DNA of 64,000 nucleotides, taken from the NCBI GenBank assembly GCA_040266055.1, contig JBDQFC010000008.1:14070-78069 (forward strand), written 5' to 3'. Source of the DNA: Candidatus Nanopelagicales bacterium. Its GTDB lineage: Bacteria > Actinomycetota > Actinomycetes > S36-B12. Position 1 is the stretch's first letter. Each line of letters opens with the position of its first letter. Both the position numbers and the translations under genes were made by a program. The notes beneath the pieces were generated by a model that ran no database searches, had not been told where the DNA came from, and saw nothing but the letters and a program-made list of their open reading frames with translations. Of this stretch, positions 43,470 through 53,925 are shown in pieces.

Positions 43470-45087
43470 GCTGCACCTCGAGGAATTCACGACCGAATAT
43501 GGGATCGCCATCCACCCAAGTGGCAAGACAGACGGGGTCAGGGCCATCGAGGATCGGCAGTCCCGGGGTTGCCGACCTCGGATCGGTAGACCAACCCTGA
43601 ACGCGCTCATCGGGGACGCGCACTTCTAGATCCTCGACGCTCCACGCTGCCAGGTGTGCCGGGGATCCCACCGCGATGGCACCGGCTCGATGGTCGCCGA
43701 CGGCTCGCCAGGCACCTCGCGTCATAGCCGTGAAGGCAGCACGAGCGGTGAGTTGTTCGGCGGGTACCGAGTGTTCGGTCGCGGCACGCAAGATGGCCCA
43801 TGGGTCCATAGGCGTGACTGGTGAATCGGAGTTCAAGGTGAGGTGGCCACCTTGGGCAATGATGGTTGCGAACCGATTCATTGTCTGAGCCCGTTCGCGG
43901 CCCAAGCGAGTGCTGTACATCCCGTCGAGGCCACCCCAATAACCGTCGAATAGCGGCTGCATGCTGAACGCTGCCCCGACGGTCACCAATGTGGAGATGT
44001 CTGCCTCGGACAGCATCTCGGCATGCTCGAGTCGATGGTTGCGTGCGCGCAAAGTGTCCACGCCCACGATTTCCCCGGCGCGTTGAAAGCCCGCTGTAAC
44101 GCTGGAACACGCGGCATCGCCGATCACATGGAAGCCGCCCTGCATCCCAGCACGAGTGACCTCAACGAGGTGTTGGGTGATCTCGTCTCCAGACAGGTAC
44201 TGCGTTCCGTGAACGTTGGGTAGGTCGGCGTAAGCCTCGCTCAGGCAGGCCGTGTGTGACCCAAGGGACCCGTCCACGAAAAGGTCTCCTCCGACGCCTA
44301 TGGCACCAACCTCTCGCGCTGTGTCGATGCCGCCGTCGCGAGCGAGTTCGCCCCAGTATCCGAACACGATGGGGCCGGGCTGCTCCTGCGATAGCCGCAA
44401 GAGATCCCGAAGGTCATCGGCTCCGCCGATAGTGGGCCCGCCCATCTCGTGAAGAGCCACGATGCCTGCTCGAGCGGCTGCTGCCAAAGTCTCGGCGTGC
44501 GCAGCCGTGCGGTCGTGAACGCTGATGCGTGTCAGCGTCTCCTCTCGAAGTACGTGGTGGGCCTCGCGAATCACGAATCCGCTATCGGAAAAACCTTCCA
44601 GCGAACGTGCCGCCGGAGCCCGAGCGATCAGCGCACTTGACACCAGAGCCGAATGAACGTCGATGCGCGAGAGATACACCTCGCTGCCCCAGGATGCTCG
44701 ATCGAGTTCGCTTCGGGTGGGCAGTGTGGGGTCTGACCACGTGCTCTGGTCCCATCCGTGCCCGTAGATCAACGCCCCGCGTACGTCCTTCGCCTTGGCC
44801 GAGACCGCCTCAAGTACGTCCCGCGCAGATCGTGTGTGCGAAAGATCAAGTCCGAGGAGGCGTAGGCCGGTGCTGGCAGCGTGTACGTGTGAATCCACGA
44901 ATCCCGGAGCAAGGAATGCGCCATTCAGATCGACGACGTTGTCCGCAATGTCGCGGTGAACCTTGGCACCTGCATCATCGCCGACCCAGGTGATGATGCC
45001 GTCGTCGATGAGCAGCGCCGTGGCGAACGGTTCACTGCGCGAGTAGACCGCAGCGCCCATGAGCAGAGTGCGTGTCGATCGGCTCAC
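43462..45087 (-). CDS. Amidohydrolase family 3 (YtcJ-like)
   Basis: PGFVDSHVH, SRIDVHSA, FVDGSLGSHTA, FHVIGDAA, RLEHAE, NSDSPV. Confidence 0.9.
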   Translation of the reverse strand: MSRSTRTLLMGAAVYSRSEPFATALLIDDGIITWVGDDAGAKVHRDIADNVVDLNGAFLAPGFVDSHVHAASTGLRLLGLDLSHTRSARDVLEAVSAKAKDVRGALIYGHGWDQSTWSDPTLPTRSELDRASWGSEVYLSRIDVHSALVSSALIARAPAARSLEGFSDSGFVIREAHHVLREETLTRISVHDRTAAHAETLAAAARAGIVALHEMGGPTIGGADDLRDLLRLSQEQPGPIVFGYWGELARDGGIDTAREVGAIGVGGDLFVDGSLGSHTACLSEAYADLPNVHGTQYLSGDEITQHLVEVTRAGMQGGFHVIGDAACSSVTAGFQRAGEIVGVDTLRARNHRLEHAEMLSEADISTLVTVGAAFSMQPLFDGYWGGLDGMYSTRLGRERAQTMNRFATIIAQGGHLTLNSDSPVTPMDPWAILRAATEHSVPAEQLTARAAFTAMTRGAWRAVGDHRAGAIAVGSPAHLAAWSVEDLEVRVPDERVQGWSTDPRSATPGLPILDGPDPVCLATWVDGDPIFGREFLEVQRG

Positions 45088-46202
45088 GCAGGAATCCTCA
45101 CAAGTTCCCGCGTGCTGGAATTGAGATTGCGAACTCCATCGGGTGTACAGACCACGATGTCTTCGATGCGGGCACCGAATCGGCCAGACACGTAGAAGCC
45201 GGGTTCAATGCTGAACGCCATCCCTGCTTGCACTGGGGACGCGTTTCCGGACACCAAATACGGCTCTTCGTGGCTCTCGAGGCCGATGCCATGTCCGATC
45301 CGGTGGATGAAGAAGTCCGCCAAGTTGTGATCAGCGAGCTCGTGCCCCTTCAGGATCGATCGCGCGTGGTCATCGATCGCTTCACACGTTCGACCTGGCT
45401 CCACGAACTTCACGGCCGATGCCTGCGCCTCCATCAAGACGCGATACGCGGCGAGGTAATCCTCGCTGGGCTCACCCACGACATACGTGCGCGTGCAATC
45501 ACTGCGGTAACCGCTGGGCATCGTGCCTCCGATATCGACCACGATTGGGTCGCCAACTTCGATCACCCGATCGGACACTGCGTGGTGGGGATTGGCACCG
45601 TTGGGCCCGCTCGCGACGATCACGAAATCGACGGCCACATGGCCGACTTCCAAGATCGTCTCAGCGATCAACGAGCCGGCCTCGGCTTCGGTCATGCCCG
45701 CACGAATGATCGACGGGACCTGGGCATGCACGGACTCGATTGCATCTGCAGCTTCTTGTAAGGCTTGGATCTCGCGTTCGTCCTTGATTTGGCGTATCTC
45801 GCCAAGAATCGGTCCCGCCAGGACCTGAGAACGATCGGGAAGCGCCTCGCGCAGGCGCAGCACGCGCTGCGCCCACATGTGATCGTCCACTGCCACCGAA
45901 CCCGAGCCAGCCTGATCAACCAGGGATGCCACCAGCGCGAAGGGGTCCTGCGTTTCGGTCCACGTGACCACCTGTCCCCCGGCCTGACCGAAGCCGGACT
46001 CCCGAGCCTCTCCAGCCTCCAGCAACGGTGCTATCAAGGTCGAGGTGCCTGAGGCGGGGATCACCAGGGCTGTGAGTCTCTCGAGCGCCTTGGCGTCGTA
46101 ATCGGCCACGTAACGGAGGTCGGCGCCGGGGGTGATGACCATCGCGGCCACGTCTTGCTGGGACATCCGATTCTGGATCCGGGTGATCATGTCGAGTTCC
46201 AC
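45084..46202 (-). CDS. M24 family Xaa-Pro peptidase
   Basis: N-terminal creatinase-like domain; ANPHH, VDIGG, SDCTRT, HRIGHGIG..HEEP, SIEPG, RIED. Confidence 0.93.
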   Translation of the reverse strand: MELDMITRIQNRMSQQDVAAMVITPGADLRYVADYDAKALERLTALVIPASGTSTLIAPLLEAGEARESGFGQAGGQVVTWTETQDPFALVASLVDQAGSGSVAVDDHMWAQRVLRLREALPDRSQVLAGPILGEIRQIKDEREIQALQEAADAIESVHAQVPSIIRAGMTEAEAGSLIAETILEVGHVAVDFVIVASGPNGANPHHAVSDRVIEVGDPIVVDIGGTMPSGYRSDCTRTYVVGEPSEDYLAAYRVLMEAQASAVKFVEPGRTCEAIDDHARSILKGHELADHNLADFFIHRIGHGIGLESHEEPYLVSGNASPVQAGMAFSIEPGFYVSGRFGARIEDIVVCTPDGVRNLNSSTRELVRIPA

Positions 46203-46234
46203 GGTCCAACCGTAAGCCGTGTCAGACTTCGCGC

Positions 46235-47176
46235 ATGCCTACCTCCGGCGTAGACGTCATGATCCTCGACACCGCATCCCTGTACTACCGCTCGTACTAC
46301 GCGTTGCCGTCGTCGATGACCGCACCGGACGGCCATCCGCACAACGCCATCCGAGGGCTGCTGCAGACCATCGAGAGGCTGCGTGAGCGTTTCAACCCCA
46401 CAACCTTGATCGCTGCCTGGGACACAGATTGGCGTCCCGACTGGCGCGTTGACCTAGTTCCGAGCTACAAAACCCATCGAGTGGCCGAGGAAGGTGATGA
46501 CGTCGAGGACGAACCCGACGATCTCGGTCCACAGATCGGCGGCATTCACACGATTCTCAACGCGTGGGGTGTACCCGTGGTGGGGGTCGAGGGCTTCGAA
46601 GCCGACGACGTTGCCGGCACGCTCGCCGAGCATGCGCGTCGGCGGAGGCTTGAAACCGTCCTCGTGACGGGCGATCGCGATTTCGTGCAATTGGTCGATG
46701 CCGCCACACGCGTCCTCATGACCGTCAAGGGCGGTATGGAGGCGTGGCCGCTACTCGATGCCGCCCTCGTCGAAGAACGATATGGAGTATCGCCAGAGCA
46801 GTACCTCGATGTTGCAGTCCTGCGTGGTGACCCTTCCGATGGCCTTCCTGGAGTGAAGGGCGTGGGCGAGAAGACGGCCGTTGGGCTGATCCGAACGTAT
46901 GGATCGCTCGATCGTGTGCGGCAAGCATGCGGGGACAACGATCTAGACGAACTGATGAAGCCTTTGACCCCTCGAATTGCAGGACTGATCGAGGGATGTG
47001 GCGAGTACCTCGATGCCGCCACCACAGTTACGCGAATCCGGCGCGATGTGCCGATTCTGAACATAGAGCAGACGGTGACCGCACCGATTCCGCGAGCGCC
47101 CGTGGACCTGCAGACATGGGAAATGCTTATCGACGAGTGGGGAGTTCGGCGATTCGCTCAGGGAGCCGTCGGCTGA
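46235..47176 (+). CDS. Stand-alone 5'-3' exonuclease / flap endonuclease
   Basis: LDTASLYYRSY, WRV...YK, EADDV, TGDRD, LRGDPSDGLPGVKGVGEKTA. Confidence 0.93.
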   Translation: MPTSGVDVMILDTASLYYRSYYALPSSMTAPDGHPHNAIRGLLQTIERLRERFNPTTLIAAWDTDWRPDWRVDLVPSYKTHRVAEEGDDVEDEPDDLGPQIGGIHTILNAWGVPVVGVEGFEADDVAGTLAEHARRRRLETVLVTGDRDFVQLVDAATRVLMTVKGGMEAWPLLDAALVEERYGVSPEQYLDVAVLRGDPSDGLPGVKGVGEKTAVGLIRTYGSLDRVRQACGDNDLDELMKPLTPRIAGLIEGCGEYLDAATTVTRIRRDVPILNIEQTVTAPIPRAPVDLQTWEMLIDEWGVRRFAQGAVG

Positions 47177-49881
47177 TAGGCGACTACTCCGCGATCGAGG
47201 GACGCGGCTGCGCGTTCGGCTGTCTCCTTCATGACTGGATCGCTGGACGCCTGCACAATTTGACCGAGGACATCGATCACCTGGCGCGTCCAGCGCACGA
47301 AGTCCCCTGCACTGACGTCGTTACTCGTCAAGACGGTGAGAAGAGATGCTCCCCGAGACCATCGGTACACCGCCCACACTAAGCCTGCGTCGGGTTCGTG
47401 CCCTGGAGTCAGCTTGTGTGAGCGTTCGACATCACTGAGACGCGCCCACGTGCGATAGAGGTGCTCGACTGCTGTTTCGACTGCTCCACCTGGAACGGCC
47501 GGGCGAATCTCACCCTCAGATCGACGGGATTCGTACACCACGGCCGAGACGACCGACGCGAGTTCGTGCGGCGCAAGCCCTGACCAAACACCTGCTCGAA
47601 GGCATTCGGCCACTAGGAGATCGGATTCGGAGTACAACCAGCCGAGCATCCGTCCCTCCTGGGTTACCTCAAGGTCATCCCCTGTGCCCTCGAGATACTT
47701 CAATTCCACCAACGTCTCGCACACCCGATCGAATTGACGCGCGATGCTATGGGTCCGCGTTGCGATCCGGCGCTCGAGTTCCTGCAGTTGTCGTTCGGTA
47801 CGGAAGTAACGCTCAGACCATCGAGCGTGGGCTTCGCGCTCCTCGCATCCGTGGCACGGATGAGCGCGTAGTCGTGCTCTCAACTCGGAAATCTCATCGT
47901 TCGCCTCCCCACGCATGGGAACGGAGTCCACATGAGCGGCTCGTTCCGCCACCTGGACAGCCCGCCGCGCTAAGTCCCTGCGCATGGCAGCGTCCTTGGA
48001 TGTGAAGTGTCGAGGAATCTTCACGCGTCCCAGAGTGGAAATGGCGTGCGGCACCTCGATGGTCGAGATGCGCCGAACCTGACGTTCGTGGGTCAGTACC
48101 TGGGGGCGGGGGTCATGGGGCCGCTCCGCTGCGGAGATGACTACCGCGGGACCAGCACGCTTGCCCCGCGGAATCGAAATGACATCACCCGGCCGGAGTG
48201 CGGCGAGAGATTGTTCGGCGCTGGACTTACGCGCTGCACTGGCGGATCGACCGGCGCTCTTCTCACTTTGAGATAGTTCCTCGCGCAGCCGCGCATACTC
48301 AGAAAAGTCGCCTAGATGACACGTCATTGAATCCAGGTAGCCGCGCTGCGCCTCCGTTAACTTGCGCGTTTCTGAACTCAGCCCAACGACGGACTGGTCG
48401 GCCTGGAACTGGGCGAAACTCGTTTCCAGCACCTCGCGGGCCCTAGCTCGGCCCATCTGTCCGACGAGATTGATCGCCATGTTGTAGGACGCGCGGAACG
48501 ACGAGCGCAAGGGATAGGTACGCGTTGACGCCAGTCCCGCGAGGACTTCCGGATCGAGTTGTTCTGACCAGAGCACCACTGCGTGGCCTTCTACGTCAAT
48601 GCCACGCCGACCAGCTCGGCCCGTGAGTTGCGTGTACTCCCCTGCGCTGAGATCTACATGCGCCTCGCCGTTCCACTTCACCAACCGTTCCAGCACCACA
48701 CTGCGTGCGGGCATGTTGATGCCCAGGGCCAAAGTCTCCGTCGCAAATACAACTTTGATCAGGCCTCGTTGGAAAAGATTTTCGACGATCTCCTTGAAGG
48801 CCGGGAGCATCCCCGCGTGATGGGCTGCCAAGCCTCGCTCCAGGGCATCGGCCCAATCCACGTATCCCAGCGCCGCGAGATCGTCGTCGGAGATTCCCAT
48901 CGTGCCCTCGGCGACGATTGAGCGGATGGTCTCGCGCTCTGCCCCCGACGTCAGTCGAATACCCGCTCGTAGGCACTGCTCGACCGCATCGTCACAACCG
49001 GCCCGGCTGAACAAGAAGTAAATGCACGGAAGCAGACCGTCTCCAGACAGTTCCTCGACGACATCGCTGCGCCAGGGCGTCAGATTGTCGCGACGTGGAC
49101 GCCTGTCTCGCGATCGCGTTCGGCCTCGAGGTCCGGCATAGCGGTTGGCGCCCGAACGCGACCGGCGCGCAAGCGCGATGAGTTCGGGGTTGACTTCGTG
49201 GTCTTCGGTGAAGAGGTCATACAGGTGGTGGCCGGCCATCACATGCTGCCAGAGCGGGACAGGACGGTGCTCTTCGACGACGATCTCGGTGGACCCGCGC
49301 ACAGTCGACAGCCAAGATCCGAATTCCTCCGCATTGGAAACTGTTGCGCTCAGTGCGACGACGGTGACGGTCGCTGGCAGGTGAATGATCACTTCTTCCC
49401 AAACCGCTCCCCGAAAGCGATCGGCGAGGTAGTGGACCTCGTCCATGACGACGTGAGTCAGATTCGAGATGGTCGACGAACCTGCGTAGAGCATGTTTCG
49501 GAGTACCTCTGTGGTCATGACGACCACTGGTGCCTCACCGTTGATCGAGTTGTCTCCCGTGAGAAGTCCAACGGATTCGCTGCCGTACCTCTCCACGAGT
49601 TCGCCATACTTTTGATTCGACAGTGCTTTGATCGGGGTCGTGTAGAAACACTTGCCGCCACCGTGCAAAGCCAAATGAATTGCGAACTCTCCAACGACGG
49701 TCTTACCGGCGCCTGTGGGTGCAGCGACCAGGACCCCAGAACCACCTTCGAGGGCGCGGCAGGCAGAGAGTTGGAACTCGTCGAGCCCGAAGTTGTACTC
49801 ACGAGCGAAGACTTCGACTTCGGGTTGACGTGCGCGTTGTTGGGCTGCGGCGTACCGCTCTGCTGGGGATATGCCGCTCAC
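47158..49881 (-). CDS. helY: Ski2-like DEAD/DEAH-box RNA helicase HelY
   Basis: APTGAGKT, TPIKALSNQK, DEVH, LSAT, ATETLALGINMPA, QLTGRAGRRG; DSHCT-type C-terminus. Confidence 0.94.
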   Translation of the reverse strand: MSGISPAERYAAAQQRARQPEVEVFAREYNFGLDEFQLSACRALEGGSGVLVAAPTGAGKTVVGEFAIHLALHGGGKCFYTTPIKALSNQKYGELVERYGSESVGLLTGDNSINGEAPVVVMTTEVLRNMLYAGSSTISNLTHVVMDEVHYLADRFRGAVWEEVIIHLPATVTVVALSATVSNAEEFGSWLSTVRGSTEIVVEEHRPVPLWQHVMAGHHLYDLFTEDHEVNPELIALARRSRSGANRYAGPRGRTRSRDRRPRRDNLTPWRSDVVEELSGDGLLPCIYFLFSRAGCDDAVEQCLRAGIRLTSGAERETIRSIVAEGTMGISDDDLAALGYVDWADALERGLAAHHAGMLPAFKEIVENLFQRGLIKVVFATETLALGINMPARSVVLERLVKWNGEAHVDLSAGEYTQLTGRAGRRGIDVEGHAVVLWSEQLDPEVLAGLASTRTYPLRSSFRASYNMAINLVGQMGRARAREVLETSFAQFQADQSVVGLSSETRKLTEAQRGYLDSMTCHLGDFSEYARLREELSQSEKSAGRSASAARKSSAEQSLAALRPGDVISIPRGKRAGPAVVISAAERPHDPRPQVLTHERQVRRISTIEVPHAISTLGRVKIPRHFTSKDAAMRRDLARRAVQVAERAAHVDSVPMRGEANDEISELRARLRAHPCHGCEEREAHARWSERYFRTERQLQELERRIATRTHSIARQFDRVCETLVELKYLEGTGDDLEVTQEGRMLGWLYSESDLLVAECLRAGVWSGLAPHELASVVSAVVYESRRSEGEIRPAVPGGAVETAVEHLYRTWARLSDVERSHKLTPGHEPDAGLVWAVYRWSRGASLLTVLTSNDVSAGDFVRWTRQVIDVLGQIVQASSDPVMKETAERAAASLDRGVVAYQPTAP

Positions 49882-49890
49882 GACATCAGC

Positions 49891-50841
49891 CTAGGTCCGA
49901 TACGTGTCCAAGACTTCGAGGGCGCTCGGGAGCACGGATATTACCGCCGGTAGAGGCCCGACACGCTCTCCATCGGCGTACACGATGGCGTCGGGTGCGT
50001 CGATACGGATGCGTTTGGCAGTCCAGGAAACGACTGAGGGATGGTCGATGTGGCGCCCGGAATAGACCTTCGGTAAGACCGATACGAACGTACGTCGGGT
50101 GGTGTCGGTTACCAACGTGACATCGAGCGCACCATCGCTCATATCCGCCCCAGGACACACCAGCATGCCTGATCCGTAGGCCGGACCATTACCTATTGCC
50201 ACGACCATTCCCGCCATGCTGCGGTCGCGGCCGTCGCTGTCTATGGCGTACCAGCGAGGCCGGACGCCTGGGAGTTCGCGCGCTACACCCAGCAGATACC
50301 GAGCTTTACCGACTCGAACTGGCATCGCATTGGCACGTTCGTTGACATCGGAGTCGAATCCACAGGACAGGACACCGAGGAAGTGCTGTGTGGAGTCGTC
50401 TTGATCGCAAGTGACCGTACCTACGTCCACGGATCGGAAGACACCCTCAACGACCGCATCAACGAAGGCCGCGATCGATCGCGGATCCCCCGTTACGGAT
50501 TCATCTTTCGTTCCGGAACTCTCAAGTGATCCCTGGCGAGTAAGTCGCAGGCCCCGCTCGATGTCGTTGCCGGTGCCCACCGACCAGATACCCAAACGCG
50601 GAGCCTGATCTTCCGCCTGCATGACACCATTGAGGCAGTCATGGATGGTGCCGTCACCGCCGCACGCGACCACCAGTCCGAATGCGGCAGCTTCGCGTGC
50701 GGTGCGTATCGTGTCGCGGCGGTCTGAGGAAACATGAACGTGCGTCGGTATCCCGGCATCAGCGCAGGCACGGGCCAGGCGACTGGCCTCCCCTAGAGCC
50801 CGCCCCCCACCCGCGGTGGGGTTAGCGATGATTCGGATCAC
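49891..50841 (-). CDS. Diacylglycerol kinase family lipid kinase
   Basis: NPTAGGG, GGDGT, GTGND, GNGPAYGSG, YADGE; GTGA overlap with tatC stop. Confidence 0.92.
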   Translation of the reverse strand: MIRIIANPTAGGGRALGEASRLARACADAGIPTHVHVSSDRRDTIRTAREAAAFGLVVACGGDGTIHDCLNGVMQAEDQAPRLGIWSVGTGNDIERGLRLTRQGSLESSGTKDESVTGDPRSIAAFVDAVVEGVFRSVDVGTVTCDQDDSTQHFLGVLSCGFDSDVNERANAMPVRVGKARYLLGVARELPGVRPRWYAIDSDGRDRSMAGMVVAIGNGPAYGSGMLVCPGADMSDGALDVTLVTDTTRRTFVSVLPKVYSGRHIDHPSVVSWTAKRIRIDAPDAIVYADGERVGPLPAVISVLPSALEVLDTYRT

Positions 50842-51674
50842 GAATCCTCGTTCAGCGGCGAGACTTGGTCGTCGTCCCAATCGTCGTAGTCGGGCTCCAA
50901 GACGCCCTTCTTGGCACGGCGACGATCGTTCAATAAGGCGATGCCGACAGCTATCACCACCAGGAGCAAGATCGGACCGGCCAACAGTATGAGGTTGATG
51001 GGGTCACCGGTGGGGGTAGCAACCGCGGCAAAGATGAAGACGACGAAGATGATCCACCGCCACCATGACAACAGGCGCTTGCCTGACAAGATGCCGGCGA
51101 AGTTCAGCGTCACAATGAGCAAGGGAGTCAAGAAGCCGACTCCGAACACGATTACGGTACGGATGAAAAAGGACAGGTAGCGGTCAACCGAGACAATGTT
51201 CTCGACATTGTCAGGAGTGAATCCCAGCAGGATCTCCAAACCAATCGGGAGCACCAAATAGGCCAGTACCGTTCCTGCGAGAAACAGCGGGAACGCGACC
51301 GCAACAAAGGCAACGCCCCACTTCTTCTCGTGTTTGTGCAGCCCGGGCGTGACAAATCGCCATAACTGGTAGAGCCAGACCGGCGAAGCCAGGACCACGC
51401 CAGCAATCGCAGCCACCTGCAACTGCAGTACAAAGGGGTCGGTTACACCGGTCAAAGCCAAGGTGACATCTCGGCCCTCGGCTTGGGCCTGGGCGACAGC
51501 ACCTTCGAAGGGTTGGCTGAGCAGATCGAAGATCGCCGGGTAGGCGATCCAGCCCACGATCATGCCGAGCACAATCGCGATACCAGACTTCACGAGCCGG
51601 GAGCGAAGCTCGCGCAGGTGCTCCGTCAGCGGCATAGCCGCCTGTTGACTACTCCCCTGTTCTTGTACGGCCAC
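50838..51674 (-). CDS. tatC: Twin-arginine translocase TatC
   Basis: MPLTEHLRELR.R, PVWLYQLW.FV.PGL, TPTGDP. Confidence 0.97.
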   Translation of the reverse strand: MAVQEQGSSQQAAMPLTEHLRELRSRLVKSGIAIVLGMIVGWIAYPAIFDLLSQPFEGAVAQAQAEGRDVTLALTGVTDPFVLQLQVAAIAGVVLASPVWLYQLWRFVTPGLHKHEKKWGVAFVAVAFPLFLAGTVLAYLVLPIGLEILLGFTPDNVENIVSVDRYLSFFIRTVIVFGVGFLTPLLIVTLNFAGILSGKRLLSWWRWIIFVVFIFAAVATPTGDPINLILLAGPILLLVVIAVGIALLNDRRRAKKGVLEPDYDDWDDDQVSPLNEDS

Positions 51675-51682
51675 GGGGAGGG

Positions 51683-51964
51683 TTAGCCGTCAGAGCGTTC
51701 CGCGGGCCGTTCGGCGGGCTCTGGAGCGGACTGCTGCTGGGAGGATTCAATGGCGCTGGGCTGGGTCGCCGAATCGGTCTGCGTGGAGCCGGCGGTCTTG
51801 GAATCATCAGGCTCGTCACCCTCGACCAGGCCCTTGGTCTCGGCCTTGAAGATTCGCAGCGAACGCCCGAGCCCACGCGCGGCATCCGGCAGACGCTTGG
51901 CTCCAAAGAGCAACAACACCAGGGCCACGATGATCAGCAGTTCTTGCCACCGCAGATTGGGCAT
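51683..51964 (-). CDS. tatA: Twin-arginine translocase TatA
   Basis: ELLII..VLLLFGAKRLPD.ARGLGRSLRIFK. Confidence 0.97.
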   Translation of the reverse strand: MPNLRWQELLIIVALVLLLFGAKRLPDAARGLGRSLRIFKAETKGLVEGDEPDDSKTAGSTQTDSATQPSAIESSQQQSAPEPAERPAERSDG

Positions 51965-52024
51965 CGTGCACGCTCCTTAGCTTGGGGTGCGAATCCCGGT
52001 GCCCGGAACCCGCATGCGCAGAGT

Positions 52025-52966
52025 CTAACCCGGTTGTCCTCTCGAGACGGCAGCTTCCCGTACGGCCCGGCGTAGATCGGCAGGCTCGAGGACGGTCACA
52101 CCACCCCCGAGACCCAGAATCCAGCGGATCAGCCACTGAGGTGAGGCGTAACTGATTTCGGCATCGACGCTGGCATCTGGACCAGGATCACCGGTGGTGA
52201 CAACTGTGACCGGTTCGGTGTCGAGTACCCACAAGGCATCTGGCTGGATCCGTACCAGCGCGGTTGACATATTGTCTGGTTCGGCTCGAAACGGGTCGGT
52301 GTGGAGGGGTTCCGTCCGCCGCTTTGGGTCCGCAGTCTCCACGACTCTCGCCGAGTGGATCCGATCGATGCGAAATGTGCGGATATCGGTTGCAAGGGAG
52401 CACCACGCTTGCACGTACACGCGCCCGTCCACAGTAAAACTAGAGCGTGGCTCGATCCGGCGGGTCTCCACTCGATCTTCGTCCCCGGATGCGTAGTCGA
52501 TTTCAAGGTCCGCGCCAGTGCGGATCGCCTCCCCAACCAAAGCAACAATGTCTGGTCGCTCACTCATCTGTATGTCCACGGGTATCTCGGTCTGTGTCGC
52601 CGCTTCCAACTTGACCATCGCGGAGACCAAGGCGCGTTGATCGTGCTCTCCGGGGACTTGTGCGAGAACCCGGAGCCCAAGATGTAGGGCCGTGATTTCC
52701 TCCGGCGTCAAGTGCATCGCCTGCTCGAGCGCCACGGGATTGAGAACGTGGATGCGGTCGTCGTCCCAGAACTGAATGTCAATCAACTGATCGGGTCCGT
52801 AACCGGGGATGCCGCACACAATTATTTGCCACAGATCGGTGGACAGCTGCTCTTCCGACACCCCGAAGTGTTGAGCGGCGTCGGCGATCGTGATGCCGTC
52901 GTTGGCACGCAGCCACGGAACTAGGGCAAGCAGTCGGGACAGTCGCTCGGTCGCTGTTTCGCTCAT
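52025..52966 (-). CDS. pafC: WYL-domain regulator PafC
   Basis: RLLALVPWL, CGIPGYGPDQLID, YVQAWC, FRIDRI, WILGLG. Confidence 0.92.
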   Translation of the reverse strand: MSETATERLSRLLALVPWLRANDGITIADAAQHFGVSEEQLSTDLWQIIVCGIPGYGPDQLIDIQFWDDDRIHVLNPVALEQAMHLTPEEITALHLGLRVLAQVPGEHDQRALVSAMVKLEAATQTEIPVDIQMSERPDIVALVGEAIRTGADLEIDYASGDEDRVETRRIEPRSSFTVDGRVYVQAWCSLATDIRTFRIDRIHSARVVETADPKRRTEPLHTDPFRAEPDNMSTALVRIQPDALWVLDTEPVTVVTTGDPGPDASVDAEISYASPQWLIRWILGLGGGVTVLEPADLRRAVREAAVSRGQPG

Positions 52967-53925
52967 CGGTGGTCTGCTTCGAGTCGCGCGAGGCCGGCAT
53001 GGAAAGCCTGAATCACCTCAGGTGGGTCAACAGCCGTGACGTCCGGGTCAGCTCGCCACAGTAGAGACAAGATGCGATGCGGTGAATCTGTGATCGTGAA
53101 CGTCCCATCCTCCTTAGCGGCGAAGGATCGGTGTCGGCGCAGCTCGGCTCCCCTACCCTTGGGCATGCGCACTCGAACGGTGACGACGTCGTCGGTGTCT
53201 TCGGTCAGCGACGCAGACGCGACGTCGTGCTGGGTGGAGCTCGGTGTTGCCGTCACTGTGACGCTGCCATGGATCCGCGAAACGCGGAATCGACGAGCGG
53301 CTTGCCTCTCGTGATCCCATCCCGATAGATACCAGTGCCCTCCCTCGGAGTGCAGTGACCACGGATCCACCTCTCGCTTAGTGCGATCTGCCATCCCGGG
53401 CCTTCGATAGTCGAAACGTACGACTCGGCGGTCCCGAACGGCCCGCATCAATGGCAGAAGGGCCGCTTCCCGTGCGCTCACGTGTGCGAAGGTGCCGGAA
53501 CCACGCGCCATATCGCTCGGAAGTTCATCGGCTTGAAGGCCGACGATGGATTCAATCTTGCGCACCGCCGTGGTTGCCGTAGCGTCGAGAACGGCGTCGT
53601 CCCATACAAGGGCTGCCAGATTCAGCACTACAAGTTCGTCGACGTTGAAAGACACATCACCGGAGGCGTACTTTGCGGCGTCGATGAGATAGCCCTGAAC
53701 CTCGCCGTGCGCGTCCAGGACTGTATCGATGGGGATACCCATCGAACGGAGTTCGTCCTTGTCTCGCTCGAACATGCGCTCGAAGGCAACTGTTGTGGCC
53801 TCGGGGTCATAGCCAGCAACCGACGTCTGGATGGCACGTCGAGCAATGGGCGCGCGGGCCGCAAGGAGCGCAATAACCAGGTTCAGCAGGCGCTCAGTGC
53901 GGGTCACGGACGTACTAGCGGACAT
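52963..53925 (-). CDS. pafB: WYL-domain regulator PafB
   Basis: ERLLNLVIAL, RMFERDKDELR, WYLSGWD, FRVSRI. Confidence 0.93.
   Translation of the reverse strand: MSASTSVTRTERLLNLVIALLAARAPIARRAIQTSVAGYDPEATTVAFERMFERDKDELRSMGIPIDTVLDAHGEVQGYLIDAAKYASGDVSFNVDELVVLNLAALVWDDAVLDATATTAVRKIESIVGLQADELPSDMARGSGTFAHVSAREAALLPLMRAVRDRRVVRFDYRRPGMADRTKREVDPWSLHSEGGHWYLSGWDHERQAARRFRVSRIHGSVTVTATPSSTQHDVASASLTEDTDDVVTVRVRMPKGRGAELRRHRSFAAKEDGTFTITDSPHRILSLLWRADPDVTAVDPPEVIQAFHAGLARLEADHR

Noticed and set aside
53768-53783. LexA-box-like TCGAAC-ATGC-GCTCGA
   Set aside because: Inside the conserved FERMFE coding motif of pafB, mismatched in the core and not near a promoter
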